Assembly: GCA_951406725.2 (NCBI GenBank)
Contig: OX597826.1
Coordinates: 39,618,001-39,682,000, forward strand
Direction: 5' to 3'
Origin: Octopus vulgaris
Lineage: Eukaryota
Length of the DNA: 64,000 nt
The notes under the pieces are model-generated. The model had not been told where the DNA came from and did not search any database. It was given only the letters and a program-made list of their open reading frames with translations. Both the position numbers and the translations under genes were made by a program. Positions 28,678 through 44,575 of the stretch are shown here, in pieces. The first letter of the stretch is position 1. Every line of letters starts with the position of its first letter.

Positions 28678-30069
28678 TCGAGATTGTTATTAATATCATT
28701 ACCAATGTTATTATCCTTACCATTGTTTATGCCGTCATTATCTCAATTATCTATTGCACACCCCACGTTCAACGTATCATTTGCAACACCACTAATTTGA
28801 GTGTTATAACCTCTTCTCTGGCCACAATCCCCACTATTATTACGCTTATTTTACTACTTGTAGCACCATAAATACATTCCACACTACCACTATTATTCAT
28901 AATGTAGCTATACTTCTTCCTAGTGTCAACATTAATTGCATATTCCTTCCGGTCCTTGTTATTTTTAGATATTTAGATACTTTATTCCAATCTGCGGTTA
29001 AGTTTATTGTTTCTAATTACTTTATTCCACGGGTGTCGTGGGACTCGGTTTCTTGCCGTGGAGTAAGCAAATTTCACAGAATGCCGTTTAAACAAACCTT
29101 CACTATTTTCCCGACGGAGGGAAATGTTTGTCAAAGGCCGCTAAAAATTTCCTCGGGACGTTAGTGACAATTTAGACTCCAAATGGAACGTTGAACCAGA
29201 TAATTCTCTTATATATATTTTTCTTATTTATGCGATAGAAATCTGTGGTTCCGTCTTCCTTCTCCCAATTATCCCGTTTAGTTTACTCTTATCTTGATTA
29301 TTTTTACAACTACTCTTATGTATGTCATTGTCCCTACATCCATTATTTCGAGTATCGCCATGTTAATATATCTATCATTCTCGAGAGGGTTCGTCTAGGT
29401 GTACCTTCTGATGGACCTGAGAGCTCAACTTTCAATTGTTTCTTGCTATTGTGTTCGATTATCGCATGTGAGTTGCTAATGGGAGAGGTATACTCTCCGA
29501 CCTCACTAATATAACGTATATTCTAGTATTTAATTCCTTATTGTATCTATTCCCTTTCCAAATTGAAATACCTCCACTATTACTGCTCCGGTTGGTATTC
29601 GAGTTAAGTTTATCAGATGATGTAATATCATTACACCTACTCAGATATCCATGAGGAATATTTTGGATTTTCATGAACGCATTGCCAACTTTGATCTCAG
29701 AATATATTTTAATTCATGTTCACATACACATCACTGTAAATATTTCATCTCACTACTTTAGCTTTTGAGTTTTTGTATATTTATTTACCCTTCCCACCAA
29801 AATGAACAATTACCCCCCCCCTGTCCCGATTGATAACGATAACCAGTTATCTCCTTTGAGATTTTTCTACTTGTTGATTCATTTCATTCACAAACCCCAA
29901 AACACGACATGGACTAAAATCTTCTTAAGAAAATACGAAATAACAATGATTTCAATCAAATGATTAGCGAAAGCGAAACCGGTCGACAAACACAATAGTC
30001 TTTCACTTATAAAATATATTAAAAAATATATCAAATCTATTTAAACTGTGTGCAATTTCCTTCTTTTAT

Positions 30070-30110
<41 letters not shown>

Positions 30111-32490
30111 CAGGCATGTATGTGTGGAAATATGTATGCATACATATATGTACGTTGGTGTGCATACATATCTCTATGGTAAACTTGAGGGGAGCCTTAA
30201 AATCATAAAAATATTCCTAAAAAAAACTAAATCAGTGCATAATTCAACATCATCAGATGGCCCGAAGGTGACATAATCTCAGAAACGACACGCAAATAGC
30301 GAAATAAGCAGAATCTTGATCTAACGTAAACGATACCTTTTTTATAACCAGAAATAATAATATCTTAGGCCTCTGGTTCCTGGAACGTATTCTTAATGTA
30401 AAGATATCACCGACAATTTTCTCAGACCATAGCACAATTAAACTCACAATGCATGATCAGAAATTAAAAATTTATTCCACACAGATAGCACCAAAATCTT
30501 ATTCATTCTGAACCTGTATAAGGCTGACTGGCAGTCAATTAAAAAAACAGATCCGCCAGCAAAATTGGCCCCAAACACTCCCTTTTCAAGACATTGTTAT
30601 CAAACTCAAAACTTTGTGTCAAGAGTATAACCCATATATATCAAATTAGTTCCAGAAGGAGGAGCCAATACACGCATAAACACTATTCCCAGAGATAGAA
30701 AAAGTTCTTATGAGACGGAGAATTATGATCTCAAATAGCTTGAATAAACAACTTAATGACTGTGACAAATACCTCCCCAAAGAAGCTTTTTTGAGATCAA
30801 AGGAAGAAGGACTAGGGTGATTGAAAATATAAAAATGAACTTGCAAATGAATCTGCCTATGGGCGTTGCAAGATAGAACCACTGTTTGAAGAAAACTGCT
30901 CACTGACTGCAGATCCCAGAAGAACAAATAAAATTTAAGTAAACAATTCCAGAGAGTTTTCACTTCACCACCGAGAGATATGCAAATAAGTAAGTCTGAT
31001 GAATTCCACACCGTAGATCTATTATGAGAAACAGATAAATGAAGAATATGTAATATCAGCAATTGATGAGACGAACTCGAACTCAACAACGGCTCAGATG
31101 GATTTTCTGCTATTCTTTTAAAGGCATGAAAGAAAGCTCTCACAAAATCACAGCAGATATCCTTTCAGAGTTTCCTTGCTTGAAGCAAACTTCCCAAAAC
31201 GTTCAAAAGGAGTGTGATTTTCAGGCCCATCTCCTTGACCTCATATATTGGCAAAGTTATAGTACGCATCGTCAGCAGGAGGTTGATCACGTTTGTAGAA
31301 GATAGATCGCTCACAAAAATACGCAGCATATATATATGTATATAAATAAATAAATAAATAAATATATATATATATATATATATATGAATACAATTATAAA
31401 TGTATTTAAGCATTACAATGTAACCCAGAGTTAGGGTCATGAAATGTATAATCCTGTAAATCGCTCCCAATATTCACTTTTTTTCACGTTACATATTTTG
31501 CTATTAATTAATTTAACGTTAAGCTAAATATATTTATTGTTTGATGTTATGTCGAAGACAAAGAGAAAAAATTGAATTAAATAATAATTATATTTCTGAA
31601 AAATTTTTATTCGATAAATCTATGTTCAATAGAAAAACTGCTTACAACAAACCTTATTCCATTGGACCAGTATCAATATGTTGTTCCTCTCTGAGCATCG
31701 TCGATATTATACAGAAATAAAAAGTTGGCATAAGCATAAATTTGACATATCGTAATGCATTTGTTTGTGTGTATCTGTGTGTGTGTGTTGATGTACATAC
31801 GTAAATACATGCATATAAATATTTCAAGAGTGTGTTAATTGGGTAAATTTTGCGTACTCATACACAAGGTTTGTAATGATATATTCAGTCTGGCTGTGTA
31901 AGCACTCTATAGTTGAGCGAGTGGGGAGAAGGTCGACAAACTTCAGTTAGTTATTGTCTTTTCAATAGCTTTTACAGTGTCGAAACAGATTATAGATATT
32001 TACAAGAATATCTATAATTTTTGCATGTCAAAGCATTTACAGTCAGCGTATATAAAATAAAATAACTCGGATACAGATGATGTGTAGACAAATTTTTGAA
32101 AAGGTTTAAATACACATATGAGAAAAATGCATTCAACATTCTGTTGTATAAATATACACTGTTGTTAAACCACAAGGCTTGCATCGCAAAAAAACCCACA
32201 ACAGTTTGACTAGTTTCGATTGATCATATCACTTTACCTAGAATTTCTGTTTTCGTCCTTTAAACAGGGCAAGCAGCTGGGAGCTACTTAAAAAGAAATA
32301 CAATGGGTTACATACACATACACACACACACACACATATATACACACATGTAATATATATGTATATATATATAAATGAGTATACATGAATATTTTTATAT
32401 ACATATATTACATATATATAAGAACATAAAAATATAATGTATGCATGTGTGTAGATGAATCTGTATTTATATATATGTATATAAGTATAG

Positions 32491-32553
<63 letters not shown>

Positions 32554-32591
32554 CATGTTATGTTGTGTGGCTTTCGAAAAATTTCGGTCGA

Positions 32592-32774
32592 TCAGGTTTG
32601 CTCCCCAACTGTGCCGCTGTTGATGTTATAAACAAGCCAGTAGCATACGCAAAATCCTGCAAAGGCACATGGGAAGAGGAATCTGGAGATGATATCTATA
32701 CGTCGGGCTTTTCGGAATCCTTTGGTGTAGAGTAGTGGTCGTGCATTCGGGTTTCTCTTGATTACGTCGTTGCG
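32592..32774 (-). CDS. Cys-loop chloride channel: terminal coding exon (M4 and stop)
   Basis: Acceptor ttcttttttcag|CGC in phase 0 matches the previous donor. Translates RNDVIK...ARRIDIISRFLFPCAFAGFCVCYWLVYNINSGTVGEQT-TGA, with the typical IDxxSRxxFP...YW M4 pattern. Confidence 0.93.
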   Translation of the reverse strand, partial: RNDVIKRNPNARPLLYTKGFRKARRIDIISRFLFPCAFAGFCVCYWLVYNINSGTVGEQT

Positions 32775-32881
32775 CTGAAAAAAGAAATATACATGTATAT
32801 ATATATATAAGTTCATATATATGTAAGTATTACAACAGATTTAAGATGCTGAGTACTCATCAGCCAATTATACCTCTATAA

Positions 32882-32945
32882 TTGGCTGATGAGTAATACT
32901 TACAACATTTTAATAAAATGATGTAGTACGAAACGATTGTACCAA
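32882..32945 (+). ncRNA. Type I minimal hammerhead ribozyme, canonical core
   Basis: UUGG-CUGAUGA-GUA...(UACAACAUUUU/AAAAUGAUGUA)...UAC-GAAA-CGAUUG-UA-CCAA. Triplet is GUA. An inverted partial copy lies upstream at 32822-32872. Confidence 0.75.
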
Positions 32946-32976
32946 ATTACCGGAATCATTCTTGTTGCTTATTTTG

Positions 32977-33050
<74 letters not shown>

Positions 33051-33219
33051 ACACACACATATGGTTATTCATGCACACACAAACGCAAACTTATGGACAT
33101 ATGGAAGAGAGGTTAATTGAAAGATATATAGAAATCATATACATATATATTTCTGTTTGTCAGTCCATTAGCTTCTATTCCATATTTTTATAAGTTTGCG
33201 TTTATGTGTGTGTGTATGT

Positions 33220-33266
<47 letters not shown>

Positions 33267-34228
33267 AACATATATGCACACGCACACGTACACCACTCTT
33301 CCCACTTAACGATACAATCTTTCAGGTATACTATCTCTGAGAACCACAAGCATACAGAATTATAAACATAGTTTACACGAAGTTAAAGAAATAGTGCTAT
33401 ACTTCATTACGAAACACTAGAATTTAAAAAATCTAGTATTAATTCAATAAGATATATATGAGAATACTTTGCATGTTTTCCATATAATTTCTCAATTTCA
33501 AATTTCTAATACTGCTTTGAAGTATAGAAAACTGATCATCTCCCCAGTGATAGCTACATAATGCTTTCAAATTTTGACACAAGGCCAGCAATATCAGGGG
33601 AAGGGGTAAGCTGATTTTATTGACCCCCGTGCTTAACTTATCGACCTCGAAAGGATGAAAGTCAAAGTCAACCTTGGTGAATTTGAACTCAGAACGTAAA
33701 GACGTACCAAATGTTGCTAAGCATTTTGACCGGCTTGCTAACGATCGACTAGTTTCGATAGCTGTCGTCTTTTCAATTTTGTTTCCCCAAAATACAGTTC
33801 AACGGAAAGATGTAGCTACTTCGAGAATTAAGGCTTTCTATTTCTCTTCTTTTGAGGGTTAAAATGATTGAAAGAAGACAACTCGAGCATCGGCTGTAAA
33901 TAATGCTTTTAACCTAAAATTACATACTTGCATATCATAGTTTCCAACTATATGAAGAAGATCTCTTGAAATTAATAAAAAATATTCAATTTAGAAACTG
34001 AACACAGAATAATAGCTTGAGTGAATCAAATGCAACTTTAAGGCCGTGATCTGGCAGAATCGTCGCGCGGTGTTAACGTGAGTAATTTTTGACGGTATTT
34101 TCACAGTGTCAACATCGTTTATTTTGTTTCAGTGTTTTAAGCACTTCGATTAATAGTTTCTGTGCTGCTTTGCAGCAATTTGTTTGTGCTTCTTCTCCTT
34201 ATAGAGGAGGGTTGGCTTAGTGAAATAG

Positions 34229-35560
34229 ATGTCTGAAGAAGACTTCAGCTTTTCAGATACGTCGTCTTCAGAAGAAAAATTTTGAAAACGGTCAAGAGAA
34301 TGAACCAAAAATTAAATGAAGAAAAGAGAAACTTTGCGGGCGTGGCAAAGTGCTAGGAAAATGATATTAATATTGGGGAATTTGAAAATTACAAAAATTT
34401 AAAGAAAGAACAATTTTGTACAAAACATGTTCAATAATTAAAGGAAAAATTGACGTCATGACCACGGGTCAAATAGAGAAAGCGTTAAGACCAATATGAC
34501 ATGAAATTGTGTGCCTTGCGAGAGGTATTATGTTCGGAGTAGTGGAGGTGAGATTCAAGGACGGGGAAACAGTAAAAAAGCACGTAGCGACTACCATTAA
34601 GAGTGAGGAAGTGGTGCTTTTGCCCACTTTGTGTGGACAACGTGTGACCAGAGGGTGGAGGGAATTCCGCCAGAGATAGATGTGGCCTGGATAGCAGCCG
34701 CTGTCCTTCTGGGAAATGAGGACAGTATAGCGGTTCTCCAGGCCACAAAAACGCAAAGTGTTTTGTGGAAGGGGAAGATACTGGACATGATTATTCAGGG
34801 TTCAACCGAAACCCTAGAAAACATCACAGAAACAATAATTATGGACGACGTGATAATGAGGGTCGGGATAGAGGGCAGAATTCCTCGATGCTCTAAATGT
34901 GGTCTGAAGAGCTACATCAGTACGGACTGTCCTTCACCGACCGAAAAGACGGAGGAAATACAAGAGGAAGAGCCCCAGAAAGAGCAAGAAAATAAGGAGG
35001 AAGAAAAAATATTAGCAGAAGTAGAGGAGAAAGAAACAGACAACGAATGGGAAACAATAGGAAAAAGGAACAAGAGAAAAAGAAAAAAATTAAGCCCCAT
35101 AACTACCCAACTCTCACCCATACATTCTTCGATCTACCCTCTCCCTACAGACACCAAACCTGCCCATCCCCCTCTGACAGAAAAATGTACAGAAAATAAC
35201 TCCCAAACTACACCTCCCCAGACAAAAAAGAAAAAAGGTGCCACGCAGTCATGTATGATGATTCAAACTGTGTAAAGAAGTATTATCTTGGGGAGACTTT
35301 AAAACAGCTGGAACAACGAGTTTTGATAACATAAAGGGATGGCACTGTTGCGCGTTGTGCTGGGATGAACATAAAGAAAAAATGACAAGATTTAAAAGCG
35401 GATATAGGTGTTGGGAGGTGCTTTGGGATTGGCAGAGTACAATCCCTTCCCGGTTTGGATGTTTTTTGTAGAGTCCTTTCTGTTGCAAGCATTTGAGCAA
35501 GGTCCCCTGGTCTTTCTATACCTCTCTGAGGTGCCACTGGAAGTGTGTCTTCCTCCCTGA
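34229..35560 (+). mobile_element. Decayed gag/ORF1-like sequence of a non-LTR (L1/Tx1-type) element
   Basis: ORF 34631-35275 has a degenerate zinc knuckle RCSKCGLKSYISTDC, then an acidic tract, WETIGKRNKRKRKK and a Pro/Thr-rich tail. Upstream frames are broken. Confidence 0.6.
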
Positions 35561-38522
35561 CTGAAAGAACAAAACATTTACAACGCATATCACATCAAAC
35601 AACTTCCAGTCAATATAAATAACATGATTCACACGATACGCAGTCTACCGACATACATTATTAAACTACCTTGGCACATATTTCACACATTCTGCACAGC
35701 AACTACTAAAAGTTAAATACCGAAAATCAAACTGATGTTTTATACGAAGCCATTCTACACCCAGAGATGTCAATTCTGCACACACTTCAGGAACAAGAAT
35801 ATGCAAATGGTATGCACCAGAAAATTCGCACGTGACTTTGAAAAACAACTAATAATTATTATTTCCTATATGAGCCAATGTAGCATGTAGCAATAATGTT
35901 CATTGGGTAGAACAACCAGCTTCAGCGGCTATCGTTTGTTCGTACTGCAACACAACACATTCTTTATTTTCATGAACATACAAGTAAACTATTACTGAAA
36001 AACTGCATAGATCTACTTAGAACTGGTTAAGACTTGTTCGTTGTCGCTCTCAAAAAGTGTAGAGGTGTCCTTTGCCAACCAAGTTTGCAAAATGGCTTTC
36101 AGACTCATTCGTGCCTCTGTGGTGTTGCCTCAGTGCGAACAAATGATATTTCGTGTTTCATGTCCTATAAATAATTAAGATCCATTTTCACCGCTAGTAC
36201 AAGCTATTCGATCGCCCTTTTTTTTCATTTTGGTCGCTTCATTTAATTGATTTCGTAGATATTTATCTATCTTAGTTTTCGATTTCTACATGTTTACTTA
36301 AAACTAAAAATTTCTGCTTTAGTAAAGCATACTGGGGATGATGACGTTGATGATGTTGTTTGTGGTGGTGAGGATTACTATGGCAGGGATGATTTGTGAT
36401 GGCGAAGATAATATGACAGTAAAGAAATGCCTGCCAGCTATAAGTGAAAAGCTATAAGCACCAGGTTCTCAAGTGTTAGAAGCTTTCACGCAGGTAAAAA
36501 CTAATTATAAAAATGTTTCCAATATCTGTTTACTCCTGAATGAGTGAACCAAAAACGAAAGAAAAGTGCTGAAAATTGGATACAAGAGCAAATAAATAAT
36601 AAATAAATGAGGAAGACTATTTTAAAAGACGAAGCAATATTTTAAACTGAATTAATGCTGCAAAGTAAAATAGAAGAAAAAAAAGTGTTGTAGAAATGAC
36701 AGCTCGTATATATAGGAAGAGGCCAAATAAAGTCTTGAAATACAGAGAAATGCCAATAAATATTTGAACATGAATGCAGAAGAGAAAACATTTTACGAAA
36801 AGAATTTCCTACTAGAAAGTAAAACATTAGAATAAAGTAAAACACATAGAATATCTCCAAAATGTGCACAGAGATTAATGTTAGATAAATAAAAATAATG
36901 TTAGTCAATATCACAGTATAATTATCTTTAATTAACTTTTAATGACTTCTTTAATAACTTAACATTAACTGAACTATTTAGTTTCATGTCAATATAATCT
37001 ATAAATTATCTATTTTCGATATAAATGATGCAATAACATATAGTTTTATACATTTAACGATTAGTCCTTCACTACTCACGGCAAATACGTCAGTTTAAGG
37101 CTTCGCTGGTGAGTCTAGAATAAGACCAGCATGCATCCAGACTTGTCTATACTGGTTGTCGCGAAAATGTTGTTTCTTCTTCACCACATTATTTCTTGTT
37201 ATATTTATCATGGGTACTTGTATTAAATATGTTAATACTACCTGTCTGTCTGTCTGTCTGTCTGTCTGTCTTCCTGTTTCTTGTCGCATTACTTAATTAT
37301 AGTTAAATAACGTCTCAATGTTCTGCTTTTGCATTATGTTAGCATCAACTAAGACGGCGAGCTGGCAGAATTAGTAGCATGCGGGACGAAATGCTTAGCG
37401 ATATTTTGCCCGTCGATCCGTTCTGAGTTCAAATTCCGCCGAGGACGACTTTGTCTTTTATCCTTTCGGGGCGAATAAAATAAGTATTAGCTGAACACTG
37501 GGGTCGATGTAATCGACTCATCCCTCCCACCAAAACTGCTGCCCTTTCGGCAAAATTTTAAACCATTATGTTTATATTACTGCCTATATATATCACATAA
37601 TTATTTCAAGTTAGCATTTTTATGTCCACTGTGTTCATTCTGTTGTCATAAACCTGTATAAGCCGCCCTTAACTTTAAAGTATAATCACTAACTATAATA
37701 TTGAGAAGTATATTTAATAGGCCAATCTACGCCACTGTGTCTCAATAGGTAACACTAGCAAACGGCTATCTTAAACTAAAACATATCACAAAGACATGCC
37801 CAAATCCGAGTCGATCATCCAAGAGTGTGCTTTATAAAACCAGTACGTAAACGTTTTATTAGCATAATGAAGGAAATAAACAGATAACAATGTAGTAAGT
37901 CTCAATAGCTGTACTGATGAAAGAAACAAGCTTAATATTTGTAATAAAATATAACTGATTAAAAAAACAGGAGTGTTTACAAAGATCTGAATTTCAAGCT
38001 TGGTTAGCATGCTCTACTTGGTTTTTCTCGATTCGAAGGTCCCTCGAACGGTCGGTCACATGATCAGTTAGAAATAGCAGGCAATACTCCCTCATACTGC
38101 CTTGGAAGGACACTGAAGACATGCAAAGATACACTAAAATGTAGGATTATCACAAAGGGAACGCATTTGCTGATAGGTCCGGTCGATCATAGATGACCTA
38201 GAACAATAATAGCAACCACTTATTCAACAAATAAACCCAGACTAAACTAAACTACGTATTCTAAGAATTCTGCGCGAAACACATATTCGAATAATCTATA
38301 ACGATTTTATGTTTAGACACTGCAGAAGCAGACAATTCTCTCATTGTAAAAACTTTGAAAAGTCTACAATAAAACACGTTTCTTTTTCGTGGCACGCAAA
38401 CTTAATTTGGTTAATCTGTTCACCTGTAATCTTCTATGCTTTATTTAGTTTTGTAGATATTTATAATTAGGATATGATTAGTCATTGATAAGCAAAGTTT
38501 GAGTACATTGTAGAAGCAAGGG

Positions 38523-38591
<69 letters not shown>

Positions 38592-38705
38592 TTACACACT
38601 GATATACAGATATAGAAAATATGCGCACACATATATTCAAGAAAGTGTGTGTATGTATATGCATATGTGTATATACATATGATTATACAAACACATATAT
38701 ATATG

Positions 38706-38759
<54 letters not shown>

Positions 38760-38800
38760 AATATATATATATGGAGATATGTATATATGTATATATGGAG

Positions 38801-38848
<48 letters not shown>

Positions 38849-38919
38849 GTATATACATTTATGTATGTATATATGTTTGTGTGTGTGTGTGTATATATAT
38901 ATATAGTTTGAAATTCCCA

Positions 38920-39090
38920 AAAATCAAACAAAACAAAATACGAAGACGGGTGTGTAAACAACAAAGCTGTTGTATTAGATTAACGCCCGGGAAGTGAGAA
39001 AGGCCTTCACGTTTTGAGCCCACGCTCTTCAACAGAAAGGAATCCGGAAATAAACAGACAGAAAAAAATGTTTAGTGGCTAGCGATCAAT
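38920..39090 (-). mobile_element. Same repeat family (copy 4, degenerate)
   Basis: Minus strand reads CTTT-CTGTTGAA-GAGCgtggGCTC-aAAA-CG-Tg at 39005-39039, with shared flanking sequence. Confidence 0.6.
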
Positions 39091-39095
39091 CTTGG

Positions 39096-39143
<48 letters not shown>

Positions 39144-39331
39144 AATGTATATATATATGCGTTGCGTGTGTGTATGTGTATATATATGTGTATTTATATA
39201 TATATGTATATATGTATATATATATATATGTATATATAGATGTATATATATGTATGTATATGTGTATATATGTATATATATGCATATATATGTATGTATA
39301 TATATGCATATATATGTATGTATATATATGC

Positions 39332-39373
<42 letters not shown>

Positions 39374-39640
39374 CATATATATGTATATGTACACACATAT
39401 ATATATACATGTATATATATATGTATATATGTATTTATATGTATATATGTATATATATATATGTATATATGTATTTATATGTATATATATGTATATATAT
39501 ATGTATATATATATGTATATACATATGTATATATATTATATATATATATATGTATACGTATATATACGTATATGTATGTGTATATATACATATATGTATA
39601 TGTATACATATGTATATGTATGTGTATATATACATATATG

Positions 39641-39712
<72 letters not shown>

Positions 39713-39764
39713 TATATATGTATGTATATACATAAAGAAAAAAACTTACTTGTAAATGGATGAG

Positions 39765-41285
<1,521 letters not shown>

Positions 41286-41384
41286 TAAAATGGCGAACGC
41301 TTGAATATATATGTATATTTATATATATGTATATATGTAAATATAAGTATTTATATATATGTATGTACAAATATGTGTATATAT

Positions 41385-41424
<40 letters not shown>

Positions 41425-41459
41425 ATATATATATTTATATATCCGGCATTCGCCCTGAT

Positions 41460-41640
41460 AGATCGCTAGCCACTAAACCCTTTTCTATTTTCTCTCCCTG
41501 TTTATTTCTGTGTTCCTTTCTGTCGAAGTGTGTAGGCTCGAAACGTAAAAGACTCTCTCACTTCCCGAGCGGTAAACTAATGTCTGTTTGCTGTTTACAC
41601 ACTCATTCTCGTCTTTGGTTTTCTTTTTGTAAATTATCAC
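41460..41640 (+). mobile_element. Same repeat family (copy 3, opposite orientation)
   Basis: CTTT-CTGTCGAA-GTGTgtagGCTC-GAAA-CG-TA-AAAG at 41516-41551. Confidence 0.65.
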
Positions 41641-41697
41641 CATATATGTATATATATATATGTGTGTGTGTGTGTATATATATACATATATATGTAA

Positions 41698-41736
<39 letters not shown>

Positions 41737-41981
41737 TATATATGTATATATGTAAATTTATATATGTGTACATATGTATATATGTAAATATATATATGTA
41801 TATATATATGTGTGTATATATATGTATGTGTATATATATATATACATATGTATATAAGAATATATATTGGTATATATATTTATATATATATATGTATATA
41901 TGTATGGTATTTATTTATATATATGTACAAATATATGCGTGTATATATGTATTTATGTGTATGTGTGTACATACATATATA

Positions 41982-42012
<31 letters not shown>

Positions 42013-42044
42013 ATTTATATATATATACATATATATATAATATT

Positions 42045-42102
<58 letters not shown>

Positions 42103-42114
42103 CAATATTCTTAC

Positions 42115-42488
42115 CTCAATGCTATCAGAGAATTCTGCAGCAGTTCGCATTGACATGAACTTCTTCAATTGGTGTCTGTCAAGGATGTTGACAAAAGCAA
42201 ATTCCAGCAAGGCTGCGAAGACAAAGCATAGACAAGCAGCCATCCAGACATCTATAGCTTTTATATACGATACCTTCGGTAGTGTAGTTATAGCTGATGT
42301 CTTTTGAGTTGTCATGGTTAACACTGTTAAGATTCCGAGTGAGATACGTGCTGGTACAGCATCTACGTTCAGCCAAAACGAAACCCAAGAGATAACTACA
42401 ATAAAAATACTTGGAATATAGATTTGAATCATGTAGTAGCCGAGGTTCCTTTTCATAGTGAATTTCAGTTCGAGACACGAGAAATTTC
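42115..42488 (-). CDS. Cys-loop chloride channel: M1-M3 exon
   Basis: Acceptor ttcttttatag|GA and donor GAG|gtaag. Translates [62 protein letters not shown]...[32 protein letters not shown]. The PAR motif before M2 indicates anion selectivity. Confidence 0.97.
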
Positions 42489-42969
42489 CTATAAAAGAAA
42501 TGGCACATATTAATATATTAATATATTTACTTATGTATATTTAGGCTGTAAAACGCGAGACATAAAATTCAATACAAAAAGTAGAAAATCTATCTTATTA
42601 TATTCAATGTCGCAAAGCCACATCGGTGACTCGAGGGCTTGGAGTTTCTAAGCAGATTATATACCAAACTTTGATAATTATCGGGCACGAAATTATAGGC
42701 CGCTGTGTAAATAATAAAGCTTCAAGTCTTTTATCTTTAACATTTTTACTTGTTTCAGTCATTAGATTGCGGACATGTTGGAGCACTTGAGGCATCCTAG
42801 TCGAACGAATCTGTCCCAGTATTTACTTTTATAAAACCTGGAACTTAATGTGTTTGATAATTTTACCGAACTGCCAAATTTTGGGAGTGTAAACACTCCA
42901 TCTATGATTGTCAAGCGGTGGGGGAAAGCACACGCACAAGGACACACACACACACTTGCACGTACACAG

Positions 42970-43037
<68 letters not shown>

Positions 43038-43042
43038 GTCTA

Positions 43043-43073
<31 letters not shown>

Positions 43074-43106
43074 GCCTGTCTGTCTGTCTGTCTGCCTGCC
43101 TGTCTG

Positions 43107-43746
43107 TACATGATAAGACTTCCAATCAGGTAAGATCAGAAGCCATGTGAGCCACTGCTTGGTACTGCATCAGGGTATTTATTATTATTATTGAGTGAGA
43201 GAGCAGTTCATGCCATCAAAGTGACACTGGGGTAAAATATACGAAGCCCAATATACCCATCATGACTACCCGTCTGATAAAGGTACACCAGGCACATGCA
43301 TCACAACCATATGTGCGCGACATGGTGATCTCATATCAAGATAAACAGCACATGACCTTGCAGGTGGGGCCCAGTTAGAATTTTCTTCAGGTTGAGTAGC
43401 CCATCCCGCTCAAACGGTCCCTGAATAAGGGTTGTTTAAGGATGTTGAAAGAACCACCCATGTTTCCAGAGGTGAACTATTCAAACCCCAAAGAATCCCT
43501 CTCAACACATGGCTATGATGCTCCCCCACTACTTCTGCTCGTGATCAGAGATGCACATATCGTCAGCCACTAAGGGACATGCTCAACTGGTTAAGGTCAA
43601 ACAACTGACAAGCAAATCTGTGGTATTGAGCAGAATATTTGCTGTAGCCCATCTTTTATACCAAGACAAAACAATGTACATGATAACACTTCCAATCAGT
43701 TAAGATCAGAAGCCATGAGAGCCACTGCCTGGTACTGCATCAGGGC

Positions 43747-43750
<4 letters not shown>
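43107..43750 (+). repeat. Arm A of a long inverted duplication of an (ATT)n-bounded repeat element
   Basis: Reverse complement of 46069-46830, including a diverged ~70-bp end fragment that carries the same diagnostic substitutions. Confidence 0.9.
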
Positions 43751-43827
<77 letters not shown>

Positions 43828-43906
43828 TATTCAGCAGTTTTATTTTTATAGCGTGCTTTCACTTCTCTACCGAGCGCAGCTCTGTGTGCCTTGGGTATGT
43901 GCTGTG

Positions 43907-43960
<54 letters not shown>

Positions 43961-44344
43961 GTTGTTGTAATTTATTCTGTACGAATACTTTTTTAACCAC
44001 TAAATATTTATAATTGTATATAAATTCATTAGATACTATAATTTATTAGTTTCTTTTATATATTCTTAGTTTATGCATGTGTATGCAAATATAGTACTGG
44101 TATATCCCAATTATTTTCATTAGAAATTAAATAAATAAAGAATTTTGACATATACGAATATTTATTTCCCCCCACTGTATCACTGGTCTTGTAGACCAAG
44201 TGTCGTGAGTTCATTTTTCACTGCGGGCTTCACCTACGTCTTCTTTTTTGTTCTCTTGTATTCGTTTATTTGATATGGTTCTCTCTCTCTCAATATATAT
44301 ACATATATATATATATATTTTTTTTTTTTTTCTTGATTCGGCTC

Positions 44345-44575
44345 AGAGCTGCGGCATTGCTGATGCACCGCCGTTTTGTGCTACACTGTTATTACGAAGA
44401 ACCTCCTCTAATATGTGGCACTTGGTCAAGAATGGAGTTTGATATAGCTACTCTCATTTGCACCTCTTGCCGTGAGATAGGTTCATCTGGGACTCTCGAA
44501 AGGAAGATGTCCAGCTTTGATTTAAAAACCGCTACATCTACTTTGTGCAAGTTCCTCAGACTCTTTGGGAGAATA
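44345..44575 (-). mobile_element. CR1-like LINE 3' terminal fragment
   Basis: LPKSLRNLHKVDVAVFKSKLDIFLSRVPDEP. Confidence 0.65.

Noticed and set aside
37095-37251. Possible alternative M3-M4 loop or terminal exon
   Set aside because: The acceptor lies in a (GACA)n repeat with no pyrimidine tract, and the frame ends in a stop without M4.
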